Of a stretch of 64,000 nucleotides of DNA, positions 27,289 to 38,361 are shown one piece after another. A program made the translations under genes and the position numbers. Location: positions 1,735 to 65,734 of the IMG/VR virus record IMGVR_UViG_3300047322_001193. One strand, given 5' to 3'. The notes under the pieces were generated by a model that had not been told where the DNA came from, did no database searches, and was given only the letters and a program-made list of their open reading frames with translations. Numbering within the stretch: position 1 is the first letter of the stretch; each line of letters opens with the position of its first letter. The DNA is from a virus (taxonomy: Duplodnaviria; Caudoviricetes).

Positions 27289-30200
27289 GTACGAGCGCGA
27301 TCCCAACAGATTCGATTGCCTGGGCCTCGATCTCAATCGACCTGTGGATAGTGTCAAGCCGGGCAAGTTCCCTTACATGAAGAATTGCCGGTCGTATCAG
27401 AACGGTCGAGTGGAGCCGCGCTTCGGCCTCACCGACCTGGCATTAGTGGTGGCGGGCGCGTCGCAGGTGCATTCCATCCGCCGACTGAACGAATCCAACG
27501 GCACCTTCACTCGTGTGATCGGCACGCTGGGTCATCTCGCATATGGTGTGTCGACCGCGATCACTCCATTCACGGATATCGATTCTGGATATTCCGGCAA
27601 CCCACTCGCACTCGTACCCTGGCGGCCAGAAGAATCGCCCACCACATTCATGTACATCGGGGACAGTGCGAGGATGCGGAAGCTCTCGGTCGCCGGATCG
27701 CTGCATACGATTGGCTTGCCCGCGCCAGCCGCATCTCCTGCTGTGGGTCTCACCATCAACCCGCAGTACAAGACGATTGATGACTTCGAGTCCACTGCAG
27801 GCTGGGCCCAGGGCGGCACCGCAGGCGCACCAGCACTCCTGACCTGGCGAGTCGATACCACCATTGCGCAGATCCTCTATGACAGCGGCTCGACCGGCTG
27901 GGCATCCATCCAACCTACCGTCATCGCCAACATCGGTGAAGGGACGCTGCTCACCCTCAATCCGGGCGGGGCTGCTGAGGTTGTCAAGGTGCAATCTGTG
28001 ATGCCGGGCTCAGTAGCGACAGCGGTCGGCAGCATCAACTACGACGCTGGCACTACAGGCGACTGCTCGATGGTGCTGGAGACCGCCATCGATCAGGCGC
28101 GGTGCGACGCACTCATCCGCAATACAAGTCTGGGCGAGAATGCGCGCATTGTCGCGGTGCTGCGCGGTCCCAACAACACCACTTCACTCCGACTCTCGAC
28201 CACCGGCACCTGGTCACCAGGCGACAGCGTGCAGGTGCTGTTCAGCTTCCGCGCCTACTGCTCTTCGCACCGTTCAGTGGCGGACGTGGTGCGTACGAAT
28301 GGTGTGCGGAGCGCGATCACAAGCGGGACAGGCACCCTGACGAAAGTGGGTGCGATTGATCTCTCATTACTCGCGACCGGAGTGCCGACGCTGCCCGACG
28401 ATTACATGCACATCTCGATGCGGGTGTCGGACCCGACCGTCATCACCGAATTGAAAGTGCTGCTCGACGTCAATCCGGGTGGTGTGAACAACTTCGATCA
28501 GAACTACTACTGGAAGTCGTTCCGCGCCAATGATCTCACGCCAGCTGCGTCGAACCTGCAATCGTTACTGGCGACACGGCAACAGATTATTCAGCGCACC
28601 ATCATCGACACTCCCATCTCTGCCACCGATCTCGCTAATCAGGGGCTGGGGCAGCTGGACCTGGGTGGACTCTCACCCGAGCAATACGCGGCGCAGCAGA
28701 ACGAACTGCAAGCCCAACAAGCTGCCGACGCCCAGCAGTTCGTCACTGAACTCGACACCGCGATCTCGCAGCAATTGGATGCCGGTGTGACTCAGTGGGT
28801 GGAGCTGAGATTCCGATTGTCGGATCTGATCCGTATCGGCACCGATCAAGCCCGCACGCTGCAAGACGTCGCATCCATCCGCATCGTCGCGCTCGTGACT
28901 GGCAATGTGGATCTCGACGTCGACGCCTGGTGGGTGGGTGGTGGCTACGGTCCCGACACCGGCGATGACACGGCGAGCGCTTACCTGTATCGTTATCGTG
29001 CTCGTAACCCTGCGACGAACGTGCCGTCCAACTTCTCGCCTGCGACACGTTACGCCGCCAACCCGCTCCGGCAGAAGGTCACCATCCGACCGACGCAGTA
29101 TGCGGCCCCGAGCGGGACGACACTCACCACAGCCGACTTCGTGCTGGATATCGAGAGGTTCGGTGGGCAGGTCGCCGACTGGCATTACGTCGGCACCATT
29201 CCGAACGCAGCCTCTCCAACCTTCACCGACATCTACGACGACGAGACGGTCGCCAAGCAGCCGATCCTCACTAACGACAACTATCAACCCTGGCCAGTGA
29301 TTGGAGTGCCTGTCAGCGGCACCACAGGCAATGTGGCGGGCACGAGTGTTGATGATAGTGGTGCGAACTTCGATATCAACTGGGATCCCGGCACCACCAT
29401 TCTCATCAAGGACCAGCCCTACACGATCTACCGCGTGATCTCGACATCCAAACTAGAGACGGTGGAGAACGTCGGCACCCAGACTGGAGTGTCGTGGCGC
29501 ATTGACGAGCCGGTGACGCTCGCTCAACCACTGGCATGTCTGTGGCAGTGGGACAACAGGTTCTGGGCGTGTGCGGATCCGGTGAACGCGGGCAGGTTGT
29601 ACTTCTCCAACCCCGACAGCGAAACGACGATGGTGACCAACTATATCGACGTCACGTCACCCTCCGAACCGCTGATGAATGGAGTGGAGTACAACGTCAG
29701 AGGTTGGGTGTTCAGCAGTGAGGACTTCTTCCAGATTCTCAAGACCGGCAATGAAGTCTCTCCCTATTACACCCAACAAGTACCGAACGGGAAGGGTTTG
29801 TTCACGCGCTGGCTACTGACACGGGAACCCGCCCCGTTCATCGCGTTCGGCTCGAAGGACGGGCTGTACATGACGACGGGCGGGGCGGCTATACCGCTCA
29901 CCGACGCCGACATGTATCCGCTCTTTCCGAATGAAGGCAATCAGGGCGCGACGACCAACGGGATATTGGCTCCCGTCTACACTGCGATCCAGGCGCGGCG
30001 GCTGAGACTGGGGTTCTATGACGACTTCCTGTACTTCGACTACCCGAGCGGTGAGCTGGGCACGCCCACCACATTAGTCCTGGCATTCAATCTCGGGGCC
30101 ACTGAGCGAGGTGAAGCGCCTGGTGGGTGGTTCTTCGACGTCTACACTCCCCCCGTTCTGACGCACTATGGTGAAGAGGGGAACGGCGTCCACTCACTGC

Positions 30201-30925
30201 TGTGCGGCGGGAATGATCAGCACCTCTACCAGTACGCGGGTGACTCGGACAACGGCACAGCCATCCGCATGGAGCTCACCACACCATCCAAAGACCAGGG
30301 CGATCCAAGATCAGAGAAGCTGTACGGCGACATCATGCTGGACGCCAACACAGAAGGGCTGGCCGTCACCGTCACGCCTTACTTCGACAACAACACGACG
30401 TCCGCAACTCCAGTAGTTGTCAACACCGCGACCCGCACTCAGACGCCGATCCCATTCGATTCCGCCTGGGTCACAGCCCGCAACATCTCGATGTTCTTCT
30501 TCTGCAACGTCTCGACCAGCGCTCGCCCGAAGTTCTACATCTGGGAGCCGCGCTGGACGTTTGAAGCAGCACCAGTATCGAGTCAGTCGTGGGAGATCTC
30601 ACCCACATCATTCGGTGCGCACAACTTCACTTCAATGGGCATCATCCGCATCGCGCACGTCTCGACATCCGACCTCTCACTGATCGTAACACTCGATGGC
30701 GTGGTGCAGCCGACCATCACCGTGCCCAACAGCAGCGGGGTATACGAGCAGACCGTGTTCCGAGTGCCAGTGTGGAAGGCGAAGCTGTGGAAGCTGAGAC
30801 TCGCCAGTGACGCCGCATTCAGGCTGGACACTCGCGACACGTTCTTTGAAGTGAAGGAGTGGGCCAGTGACGGACCGTACGCTGAGCTGCGCGTGTTCGG
30901 CGACTTCGCAATGGTGGAGGGCTAG
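27275..30925 (+). CDS. Tail nozzle / tubular protein B-like
   Basis: ~1216 aa, beta-propeller-like segments (NRFWA...GRLYFS). Confidence 0.7.
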   Translation: MPESKYERDPNRFDCLGLDLNRPVDSVKPGKFPYMKNCRSYQNGRVEPRFGLTDLALVVAGASQVHSIRRLNESNGTFTRVIGTLGHLAYGVSTAITPFTDIDSGYSGNPLALVPWRPEESPTTFMYIGDSARMRKLSVAGSLHTIGLPAPAASPAVGLTINPQYKTIDDFESTAGWAQGGTAGAPALLTWRVDTTIAQILYDSGSTGWASIQPTVIANIGEGTLLTLNPGGAAEVVKVQSVMPGSVATAVGSINYDAGTTGDCSMVLETAIDQARCDALIRNTSLGENARIVAVLRGPNNTTSLRLSTTGTWSPGDSVQVLFSFRAYCSSHRSVADVVRTNGVRSAITSGTGTLTKVGAIDLSLLATGVPTLPDDYMHISMRVSDPTVITELKVLLDVNPGGVNNFDQNYYWKSFRANDLTPAASNLQSLLATRQQIIQRTIIDTPISATDLANQGLGQLDLGGLSPEQYAAQQNELQAQQAADAQQFVTELDTAISQQLDAGVTQWVELRFRLSDLIRIGTDQARTLQDVASIRIVALVTGNVDLDVDAWWVGGGYGPDTGDDTASAYLYRYRARNPATNVPSNFSPATRYAANPLRQKVTIRPTQYAAPSGTTLTTADFVLDIERFGGQVADWHYVGTIPNAASPTFTDIYDDETVAKQPILTNDNYQPWPVIGVPVSGTTGNVAGTSVDDSGANFDINWDPGTTILIKDQPYTIYRVISTSKLETVENVGTQTGVSWRIDEPVTLAQPLACLWQWDNRFWACADPVNAGRLYFSNPDSETTMVTNYIDVTSPSEPLMNGVEYNVRGWVFSSEDFFQILKTGNEVSPYYTQQVPNGKGLFTRWLLTREPAPFIAFGSKDGLYMTTGGAAIPLTDADMYPLFPNEGNQGATTNGILAPVYTAIQARRLRLGFYDDFLYFDYPSGELGTPTTLVLAFNLGATERGEAPGGWFFDVYTPPVLTHYGEEGNGVHSLLCGGNDQHLYQYAGDSDNGTAIRMELTTPSKDQGDPRSEKLYGDIMLDANTEGLAVTVTPYFDNNTTSATPVVVNTATRTQTPIPFDSAWVTARNISMFFFCNVSTSARPKFYIWEPRWTFEAAPVSSQSWEISPTSFGAHNFTSMGIIRIAHVSTSDLSLIVTLDGVVQPTITVPNSSGVYEQTVFRVPVWKAKLWKLRLASDAAFRLDTRDTFFEVKEWASDGPYAELRVFGDFAMVEG

Positions 30926-31878
30926 TGGGATTGCAGTTCACGGTCGAGGATCTCAAGACCCCAGAAGGTACGGAGAGAGTGCTGCGTCAGTTCCAGGACA
31001 GCATCCTGCGAATGCCCACCGGATTCCCGGCGCAGCAGAAGGTGCCATCGGTTGGTGAATTAGTTGGCGAGCTCGCGCCGCTCATCCGATCTCAGCTCCA
31101 AGCGCCAGGCGGCACACCACTCAACTTGCAATCGTTGCTGCCCGCGCTCTCCACTTCCGCCTGTCTCGAAGATACTCATGCGAACCGCCTGGCACTCTAC
31201 CCGCCCGGCAACTTTCCAGTCGGCACGCTGTTCTACGAAACAGATCGTACGGTGCTGTACGGCATCGTGAATAATTCCGGCACCTTCGTCTGGCAGTACA
31301 TTACTGGCCTGTTCATTGCGGTGTTCGGCAACCGCCCCACCGATCTCGGCACCAGCGACCGCGGCTTTCAGCTGTTCGTCACCGTGCAGGCGCATACCAT
31401 GTGGTGGAGCGGCACGCAATGGTTCTTCCTCGATGAGGGTGGCGGCAAGATCGTCGACTTCGTGACCGCGCCGCCATCACCACTCGGCTGGCAGCTGTGT
31501 GATGGGACCGCCACCGATTATCTGGTGATATCGGGAGCAGATCTGGCACTGACAGCCTTCACCACACCTGACGAGAACAGCGGTGCGGCGGGCGTCTACC
31601 ACAAGTCCATTGCCGCCTACACCGGCACCATCAATGCCGCCACAGCCGGTGCCATGAGCGGCATCACCGCGGCCAATTCGACCGGTATCACCGTGAACGC
31701 GCACGGCGTCACGCAGATTACCGACGTAGCGGGCGCGAATAATTACGCCTTCACTGCGGCGGGCGACGCGGGGCACACGGTAGTGGATCCCCAGCACCAG
31801 CACCTGTTCGGCACCATCGCTGTCGATGCCACCGGACAACCCCGCAACATGGGTGTGCTGCGCTATTTCAGGAGATGA
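30925..31878 (+). CDS. Tail fiber / collar-domain protein
   Basis: PLGWQLCDG collar motif; HTVVDPQHQH. Confidence 0.7.
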   Translation: MGLQFTVEDLKTPEGTERVLRQFQDSILRMPTGFPAQQKVPSVGELVGELAPLIRSQLQAPGGTPLNLQSLLPALSTSACLEDTHANRLALYPPGNFPVGTLFYETDRTVLYGIVNNSGTFVWQYITGLFIAVFGNRPTDLGTSDRGFQLFVTVQAHTMWWSGTQWFFLDEGGGKIVDFVTAPPSPLGWQLCDGTATDYLVISGADLALTAFTTPDENSGAAGVYHKSIAAYTGTINAATAGAMSGITAANSTGITVNAHGVTQITDVAGANNYAFTAAGDAGHTVVDPQHQHLFGTIAVDATGQPRNMGVLRYFRR

Positions 31879-32228
31879 GCATGAAGTACAGACTACTCGA
31901 ATCGTACGAATGGGAGCGGCTGGAAGGGCTCGTTGAACCTGAGTTCCTCCCCGCATCCGACGCCGCCACTGCCGCTGTATGCGAGACCGATCAGGGCGTG
32001 ATCGTGGGTGTGTTGTTCTTGCAACTACAGCTGCATATGGAACCGCTCATCATCGACGACAACCGGGTCGACTTCAGAAGATTGGTAACGGTACTCGACG
32101 ACGCTGTATCCGACCGTCACGGTCTGGCATACTACGCCTTCACACAGGATACGAACGTCGCTCGCATGGCCGAGATCGTCGGCATGGAGAAGCTGCCGTA
32201 TGAAGTCTGGCGCAAGGAGGTGGTCTGA
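31875..32228 (+). CDS. GNAT-like small protein preceding the ejection genes
   Basis: Position; IVGVLFLQ...HMEPL...RMAEIVGM. Confidence 0.55.
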   Translation: MSMKYRLLESYEWERLEGLVEPEFLPASDAATAAVCETDQGVIVGVLFLQLQLHMEPLIIDDNRVDFRRLVTVLDDAVSDRHGLAYYAFTQDTNVARMAEIVGMEKLPYEVWRKEVV

Positions 32229-32938
32229 TGTCCATGCTCGCACCTTTCGCCCCGGCACTGATCAAGGGCGGCATCGGTCTGGGTGCATCATTGATCGGCG
32301 GCAAGCTGGCAGGCGGTACACCCAAAGGCGATCAATCGATACTGGACGCCAACAACCAGGCGATGAAGGACAACCTGGCGATGTCGGGCCAGCTGCGGCA
32401 GGGCGGCTCGGATCTCGTGAATCTCGCGGGTCGCAGCTTCAACCCTGTTGTCGATTACTACAGCAGGATCCTGAGCGGTGGGAGATCTGGTCTGATGTCC
32501 GCACTCGGCCCGCAAGCCAGCAACATCGGCATGGGCTACCAGAACGCCCGCAATACCATCGCCTCACTCACACCACGCGGTGGTGGACGCAGCACGATGA
32601 TGGCGGATCTGCCCTTCCAGCAGCAGAAGGATGTCACGTCACTCTTCCAAACCGAACGTGCTGGTGCTCCCGCCGGTCTACTGCAGGCCGGATCACAAGC
32701 ATCGAACGCTGGCAATAATCTGATCTCGAATGCCATCCAGTCGATGTATGGAGCGACCAGCGCCGGGCGTACGGTGCTCGACTACAACGCCCAGAAGCGT
32801 GCTGCGGATCGCGAGTTCGGCGGCAAGCTGGCCGCGCCCATCTACGACCTGTTGAAGGGGCTGAACATCGGCAAGCTCGGTGGTGGCAGTAAAGGATCCG
32901 GCACTGCAACAGGCGGGGTCTTAGGAGAGTTTCCATAA
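32228..32938 (+). CDS. DNA ejection (pilot) protein
   Basis: G/A/Q/N-rich with hydrophobic N-terminus GIGLGASLIGG. Confidence 0.7.
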   Translation: MSMLAPFAPALIKGGIGLGASLIGGKLAGGTPKGDQSILDANNQAMKDNLAMSGQLRQGGSDLVNLAGRSFNPVVDYYSRILSGGRSGLMSALGPQASNIGMGYQNARNTIASLTPRGGGRSTMMADLPFQQQKDVTSLFQTERAGAPAGLLQAGSQASNAGNNLISNAIQSMYGATSAGRTVLDYNAQKRAADREFGGKLAAPIYDLLKGLNIGKLGGGSKGSGTATGGVLGEFP

Positions 32939-34815
32939 TGCGCGACGTATTGCTTGGCATATTAGGTGGACTGGGTGAAGCGCACGAGAAGGATCAGCAG
33001 AACCTCCTCCAGCAGGAAGTGGCGCGCCGCAAGAACATTGCCGACAGCTGGCAATTCTTAGCGGAACATCCCGACACTCGCCCGGAGACACGAGACCTGG
33101 CGTTCCGGAACCGTCTCCTGATCGCGCAGACGCCGTACGGGAAGAAGCTGCCCAAAGAGGTGGAGGACTTCGGTGCGGCTGAGCATCCGGCAATGCAGAT
33201 CGGGCAGAGCATTCAAGCGCCACCGACCGACTCCAGTGCCAACCCCGGCATGCAGTCTCCCATCGCGCCGGGTATCTTGCCGGACGTGTCGGCACCGATC
33301 CCGCCACCGACATTGAGCCAGGACACAGTCAACAAGTGGCCGGACAATCGCGCTCCATCCCCCTTCTACACCACCGAAGAGAAGACGCGGATGCAGCAGC
33401 AGTCCACTCAAGCTGCAATTGAAGCGGCTGGCCAGAAAGCCTACTCCGAAGAGAAGGGCCGGACTCGCGCCCTGTACTCCCCCGAGAACATTCAGGGCAT
33501 CATCGCTACCGAGCAGGCCAAGAAGCCGGTCACCATCATTCCGCGTGGTGGCACTGCCATCGATGCGCAGGGGCGCACCATCGGCGTTGGTCAACCGTAT
33601 GAGCGCACTCCCGATCAGCAAATGCTCGAAGCGGCATCGCAGATCGTTGCGAAGCGCCACAATCTCTCCATCAAGGACGATCTCGGTATCGGAATCTTCG
33701 GCAAATTGCCGCCGTCATTACAGGCGGAAGCGGCACAGGAACATGCGCTGATGAAAGAGAATCCCGATGCTGCTGAAATTCGTAAGCTCGGGATGACGCG
33801 CAGCAAACTCCTCAACCAGGAGACGCAACTCCGTATCAACGATCTGCTGGCCGAGAACAATCCAGACTCGTTCGACAAGATCGCGGATCTGGTGAACGAC
33901 TCCCCTGACGCGCTGTTCAACTACTCGCCGAAGGATGTGGCGAAGATCTCGAATGCGATGCTGGTGAAGGGCTACCCAGTCCCGCGCAAACCGCTGCCCG
34001 CCACACAGCAGGTACAGGTCTCGAATGCGGAACTGGTGATGCAGAACATCTCCGACATCCGCGCCATGATCCAGAAGTATCCCGATGTGGTGGGTCCTAT
34101 CGTCGGGCGAGCTGGCCTGACTGAAGAGGAGTGGGGTGCGCCGATATTCGACGCTCGCAACGACCCCGAGAAGGCGTCTGTTGAGCAGGAGCTGCGCAAC
34201 CGGATGAAGTATCTCATCGCGCAGGATCTCAAAGCTCTCATCGGTGCGCGTCCACCGCAGCAATGGTTACAAGAGTTGCAGAAGTCTTCACCGCGACCGC
34301 AACAAGCGCTGCCGTTCCTCGAAGGATCCCTGCGCGGTATGGAGGGCTCGGCGGGTCGTGTTCTGGATCAAGCCTACCGCACCAGATACGGTACCCAGCC
34401 GACCGCGACGGGCCGGGGGCCGTCTCCGGGGTCCACCGCGACTCCCCGCCCGTCTGCCGCTCCCACTACTCCAGGCGCTCCGACACCGCCACCGGGAGGC
34501 AGGGCTGCCGCTCCCCCAGCCGCAGGTGCAGGTGGTGGCAAGGCCGAGCCGGGTTCGGCAGGCTATGTGACGCTCGAAGATGTGCAGGCCTTCGCCGACG
34601 ATCCGCGTCACGCGAAGATGACACTGGCGCAAGCTGAGGAACAATTCCGCTCACAGGGCTTCACGATCCTGCCACCAACCACAACACCCGCCCAGCGCAG
34701 GAAGAAGCCCGCTTACACACCATCCGCCAGTCATGGCGTGCTGATCCCTGGTGAAGGCGTGCCGCTCAGCCTGCAACCGGCACCGCTGAATCTTTCGCTG
34801 AGGCCGGGAGGGTAA
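32938..34815 (+). CDS. Internal virion / ejection protein
   Basis: LLGILGGLG N-terminus; helical with Pro-rich linkers; position. Confidence 0.7.
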   Translation: MRDVLLGILGGLGEAHEKDQQNLLQQEVARRKNIADSWQFLAEHPDTRPETRDLAFRNRLLIAQTPYGKKLPKEVEDFGAAEHPAMQIGQSIQAPPTDSSANPGMQSPIAPGILPDVSAPIPPPTLSQDTVNKWPDNRAPSPFYTTEEKTRMQQQSTQAAIEAAGQKAYSEEKGRTRALYSPENIQGIIATEQAKKPVTIIPRGGTAIDAQGRTIGVGQPYERTPDQQMLEAASQIVAKRHNLSIKDDLGIGIFGKLPPSLQAEAAQEHALMKENPDAAEIRKLGMTRSKLLNQETQLRINDLLAENNPDSFDKIADLVNDSPDALFNYSPKDVAKISNAMLVKGYPVPRKPLPATQQVQVSNAELVMQNISDIRAMIQKYPDVVGPIVGRAGLTEEEWGAPIFDARNDPEKASVEQELRNRMKYLIAQDLKALIGARPPQQWLQELQKSSPRPQQALPFLEGSLRGMEGSAGRVLDQAYRTRYGTQPTATGRGPSPGSTATPRPSAAPTTPGAPTPPPGGRAAAPPAAGAGGGKAEPGSAGYVTLEDVQAFADDPRHAKMTLAQAEEQFRSQGFTILPPTTTPAQRRKKPAYTPSASHGVLIPGEGVPLSLQPAPLNLSLRPGG

Positions 34816-34819
34816 AGAT

Positions 34820-36580
34820 ATGCCGCAGCTGTCGGTGGAACAATTCATGCGTGAACGAGGAGCGCCCGCCGCTCCGACTGCCACACCACCGTCACGCAGC
34901 GCACCGCCATCGCGCAGTGCGGGAGGTCTGTCGCCTGCCGACTTCATGCGTGAACGCGGCGCACCGCTCCCACCGACCAACGCACCCGCTGCCAGCGCCG
35001 GTACGGATGAAGAAGCGCCCAGTCTCGCGGGTTTCGGGAAGAATGTGGTCACCTCCACCGGCAATCTGCTGGGCGGTGTCGCGGGTATGGTGCTGCACCC
35101 ACTCGACACACTGGAGAACGTCGGTGAACTCGCACTCGGCGGTGCTGAGAAGCTGGTACCGGGTGCACATCAGGCGATCACTGGTACACCAGCGCACGAG
35201 ATCAATCCATTCGATCAGGTGTGGGCCGGGCTGAAGGACAGGTATGGTGGCATCGAGAACATCAAGAAGACGGCGTACAAAGATCCGGCGGGATTCGCTG
35301 CCGATCTCGCGGCGCTGGTGTCGGGTATCGGTGGCGCTGCAGAGCTGGGCGGTCGGGTGGCTGGCATCAGTAACCTAGCACGCGCTGGCGAACTAGCCAC
35401 TCAAGCGAGCCGCTTCGTCGATCCGCTCAACCTCGTCGCCAAAGGTGTAGGGAGTGTCGGCGCACCCATTGCGCGAGGTGCAGGTAAGCTGGCTTCAGAA
35501 GCTGTCGGGCTCACAACGGGTGCGGGTGGTGAAGCGATCCGCACTGCACTCCGATCTCCATCACAGGACTTCTTAGCTGCGATGCGCGGCGACATCTCGA
35601 TCCAGGACATCGCCGACAATGTGAAGAAGGCAGTGCAGGATGTCCGTAAGCAGCGAGGGGATGAGTATCGGCTGCGGCTCAATACACTGCCACCAACCAA
35701 TCTCAGCATCTTCCCGGTGCAGCAGGAGCTCGTTAATCAGTTGAATGATTTCGGTGTCAAGCTGACACGGAAACAAGTCACGGTCGGTAAAGGTCCGATG
35801 GCGGTAGTGAAGAGTGTGATCGTGCCGGACTTCTCGACATCCACACTCGGCGACGTAGCGGCGCAGAACCAGGTGCGTAAGGTCGTGAGCGATGTATTGA
35901 CCTGGCCGCAACGGAACGGTGTCCCACCCGACCTGATCCCGCACGAGATGATGGACACGCTCAAACGCAGACTGGATGCGTACTACGGCCAGACCAGCGA
36001 TGCGCGCAAGCTCACCGCGGCGGTGAAGAATTCGGTCCGCACCGAATTGGGACAGGTGCCGGGCTACAACGCGATGACGTCGGCGTACGAGAAGGCGACG
36101 CGATTCCTCGATGAGGTGGAACCGGAGCTCAGCGCCAAACGGACGACGATGAAGGGCACCACCGTACGCAAGTTGACGTACGCGCTGAACCAGAACAACG
36201 ACTACCGTCAGCTGCTCGTCGACGCGCTGGATGCGAAGACGGGCTCCGCACTGCACGACCAGATCGCCGGGCACGCACTCAGCAAGTGGGCACCTCGTGG
36301 CCTGATGCGAACTGTCGTGGGCGGCAAGATTCTGTTCGGCATGGGCGCTGCATTCCACCCCGCAGCACTGCTCGAAGCGTCGCTGACGTCACCGCGTGCG
36401 ATGGGAGAGCTGGTGTCGGGCGTCGGTCAGCTGAAGAAGTTCGCCGGGCCCGCAGCAGGTAAGGTAGGGCGCACGCTGGCAGCACCTGGGGTGTACCGAC
36501 CAGTGCTGAACGCCCAGCCCTCGCCGCAACCGTCGCAGGAGTACGACTACATCAACGGTCGGCTGGTGCCGCGATTATGA
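34820..36580 (+). CDS. Internal virion / ejection protein
   Basis: Ala/Gly-rich amphipathic segments; SPRAMGE near C-terminus; N-terminal FMRERGAP duplication. Confidence 0.7.
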   Translation: MPQLSVEQFMRERGAPAAPTATPPSRSAPPSRSAGGLSPADFMRERGAPLPPTNAPAASAGTDEEAPSLAGFGKNVVTSTGNLLGGVAGMVLHPLDTLENVGELALGGAEKLVPGAHQAITGTPAHEINPFDQVWAGLKDRYGGIENIKKTAYKDPAGFAADLAALVSGIGGAAELGGRVAGISNLARAGELATQASRFVDPLNLVAKGVGSVGAPIARGAGKLASEAVGLTTGAGGEAIRTALRSPSQDFLAAMRGDISIQDIADNVKKAVQDVRKQRGDEYRLRLNTLPPTNLSIFPVQQELVNQLNDFGVKLTRKQVTVGKGPMAVVKSVIVPDFSTSTLGDVAAQNQVRKVVSDVLTWPQRNGVPPDLIPHEMMDTLKRRLDAYYGQTSDARKLTAAVKNSVRTELGQVPGYNAMTSAYEKATRFLDEVEPELSAKRTTMKGTTVRKLTYALNQNNDYRQLLVDALDAKTGSALHDQIAGHALSKWAPRGLMRTVVGGKILFGMGAAFHPAALLEASLTSPRAMGELVSGVGQLKKFAGPAAGKVGRTLAAPGVYRPVLNAQPSPQPSQEYDYINGRLVPRL

Positions 36581-38085
36581 GTCGACTCGAAGATCCCGCG
36601 ACTCTACCGCCGATGATCCGAGTGAACGCGCCGGATGGTCGTGTGATCCATTACCCCGGCGACACGCCGATCCATGCGATCCAGGCGCATCTCGATTCTC
36701 TATTTCAGACGCCCGAGATGATGCCCGCACATGCTGTGGCACCAGCACCAATCCCAGCACACAACAAGCGGCTCATCCCGACCGCAGCACCAGAACCTAT
36801 CCCGCCATCGACTGTCACTGGTGGTGGCACAGGCTCGATGCTGGACTTCAATCAGAACACCCCCAATACGATCCTCGGTCAGCTCGGCACTATCGGCGAT
36901 ATGGGATCCTCCCTGCTTCGACAATTCGGCGGCGGTACCGACAAGACCTACGAAACCCTCGACACACAGAACTTCTTGCCCGGCCAGCAACCCGCACCAG
37001 GCTCACCGCGTTTCGTCACGAGCGAGAGATACGGTGCGATGGCACCCCCATTCGCGGGCGGCGCTGCGGGTGAAGAAGAGGATCTGCTGCGCTCATTCGA
37101 GCGAATGAAGAAGCACATGCGCCCGGAAGTCGCTGAAGTTCTCGACAAGGGGATGAAGACCCGCATCGCGAGCGCATACTCCGAACTCCCACCCGCCGCT
37201 GAATGGGAAGCCGCTGCTCGTGCTGGCGTCGCCAAACGCGGCTGGTACAAGAACAGCGGTGCCGCCATCAAATCCATGTTCGGTACCGACACCCCACTCT
37301 TCACCGGCGTTCTCGCGGCAACGTCTCCTCGCCAGACAGTAGCCGACAATCTGAAGATGGCCACCCGCGTCTTCGGAGCGTGGGTGGATGCCGGTCGCCC
37401 GGAGTCGGCTGAGGAGATCATGAAGGTCCTCGAAACCGTCCCCGGTGCGAGCATGGGCTCACGAGTACCGAACCAGATCCGGGCGCTGCAGGGCAAACCG
37501 CTGGTAGATTTCGTCGAGCCCGGTGCGGGTGGCAGCGGCTGGAAGGTGGAGTCGTTCCGTCGCAATCTATTGGGTGAAATGGACTACTCGACCAACGACA
37601 CCTGGATGGCGAAATTCATCGGCAAGAATGGCGATTGGTTCGGCAGCAAAGCCAACTACCTCGCTGCTGATGCTATGGCCAGGCAAGTCGGCAAACGCAT
37701 GGGCTGGGAGACCGCAGAAGTTCAGGAAACCGTCTGGTCCTGGATGAAGACTCTTATCGAACAGACCCCAAGTTCTAGTACACTGAAGGAAGGATTGAAA
37801 GGAGTCACCCATGAGCTCATCGCACAAGACCCGGACTTCGCGACCCTCCTCAGCGACCCCGAGATCGCCAAAGAACTTGAGCGAGCCGGGTTCAAACCAC
37901 CCGCCGCAACCGGGAGCCGACCAGGCACTACCGCAGCGAACATTGGAAGAGAAGAAGGCGGTGATCCTCGCGTTCTTGAGAGGGTTGTCCGCCGACTCAA
38001 ACGGCAAGGAATCGAACCGGTAGGCGCGGCCAAGCCGCGCATTGCCGCACCCTCTCCACCACCCCCATCACGACCACCCAGATGA
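36577..38085 (+). CDS. Last virion-operon protein with helical, DNA-glycosylase-like domain
   Basis: GWY...LAATSP...N...KVESF..NL.G...TNDTWM...Y...EVQETVW motif series. Confidence 0.6.
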   Translation: MSRLEDPATLPPMIRVNAPDGRVIHYPGDTPIHAIQAHLDSLFQTPEMMPAHAVAPAPIPAHNKRLIPTAAPEPIPPSTVTGGGTGSMLDFNQNTPNTILGQLGTIGDMGSSLLRQFGGGTDKTYETLDTQNFLPGQQPAPGSPRFVTSERYGAMAPPFAGGAAGEEEDLLRSFERMKKHMRPEVAEVLDKGMKTRIASAYSELPPAAEWEAAARAGVAKRGWYKNSGAAIKSMFGTDTPLFTGVLAATSPRQTVADNLKMATRVFGAWVDAGRPESAEEIMKVLETVPGASMGSRVPNQIRALQGKPLVDFVEPGAGGSGWKVESFRRNLLGEMDYSTNDTWMAKFIGKNGDWFGSKANYLAADAMARQVGKRMGWETAEVQETVWSWMKTLIEQTPSSSTLKEGLKGVTHELIAQDPDFATLLSDPEIAKELERAGFKPPAATGSRPGTTAANIGREEGGDPRVLERVVRRLKRQGIEPVGAAKPRIAAPSPPPPSRPPR

Positions 38086-38089
38086 CAGC

Positions 38090-38341
38090 CACTGCTACTA
38101 AATTGCTACCATCGACGGCGATCAATGAGCACCATCACACTCCCAGTTGCTCCAAGATCTCCGGACACCACACTGAGCTGAAACCCGCGACCACACTGGG
38201 GTTGCCACCTCCCGCACCCTCCCGCTGCTACCACGCACAACTTTCGTAGAATCTGCGGATTATGCCTGGCAGGCATAGGGTTTGACTTGTGAAGTCAGAG
38301 AGTTAGGTGGGATTTGGAAGTCACTGCTACTAAATTGCTAC
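38090..38341 (+). repeat. 20-bp direct repeats CACTGCTACTAAATTGCTAC (38090-38109, 38322-38341); candidate integrase arm sites
   Basis: Exact repeat, each with two TGCTAC cores; a third TGCTAC at 38226. Confidence 0.75.
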
Positions 38342-38361
38342 TTTGATACTGTTTCGCCCTC

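Noticed and set aside
38090-38341. 20-bp repeats as a mini-CRISPR
   Set aside because: Only two copies, 212-bp gap, no cas genes; context fits att arm sites better
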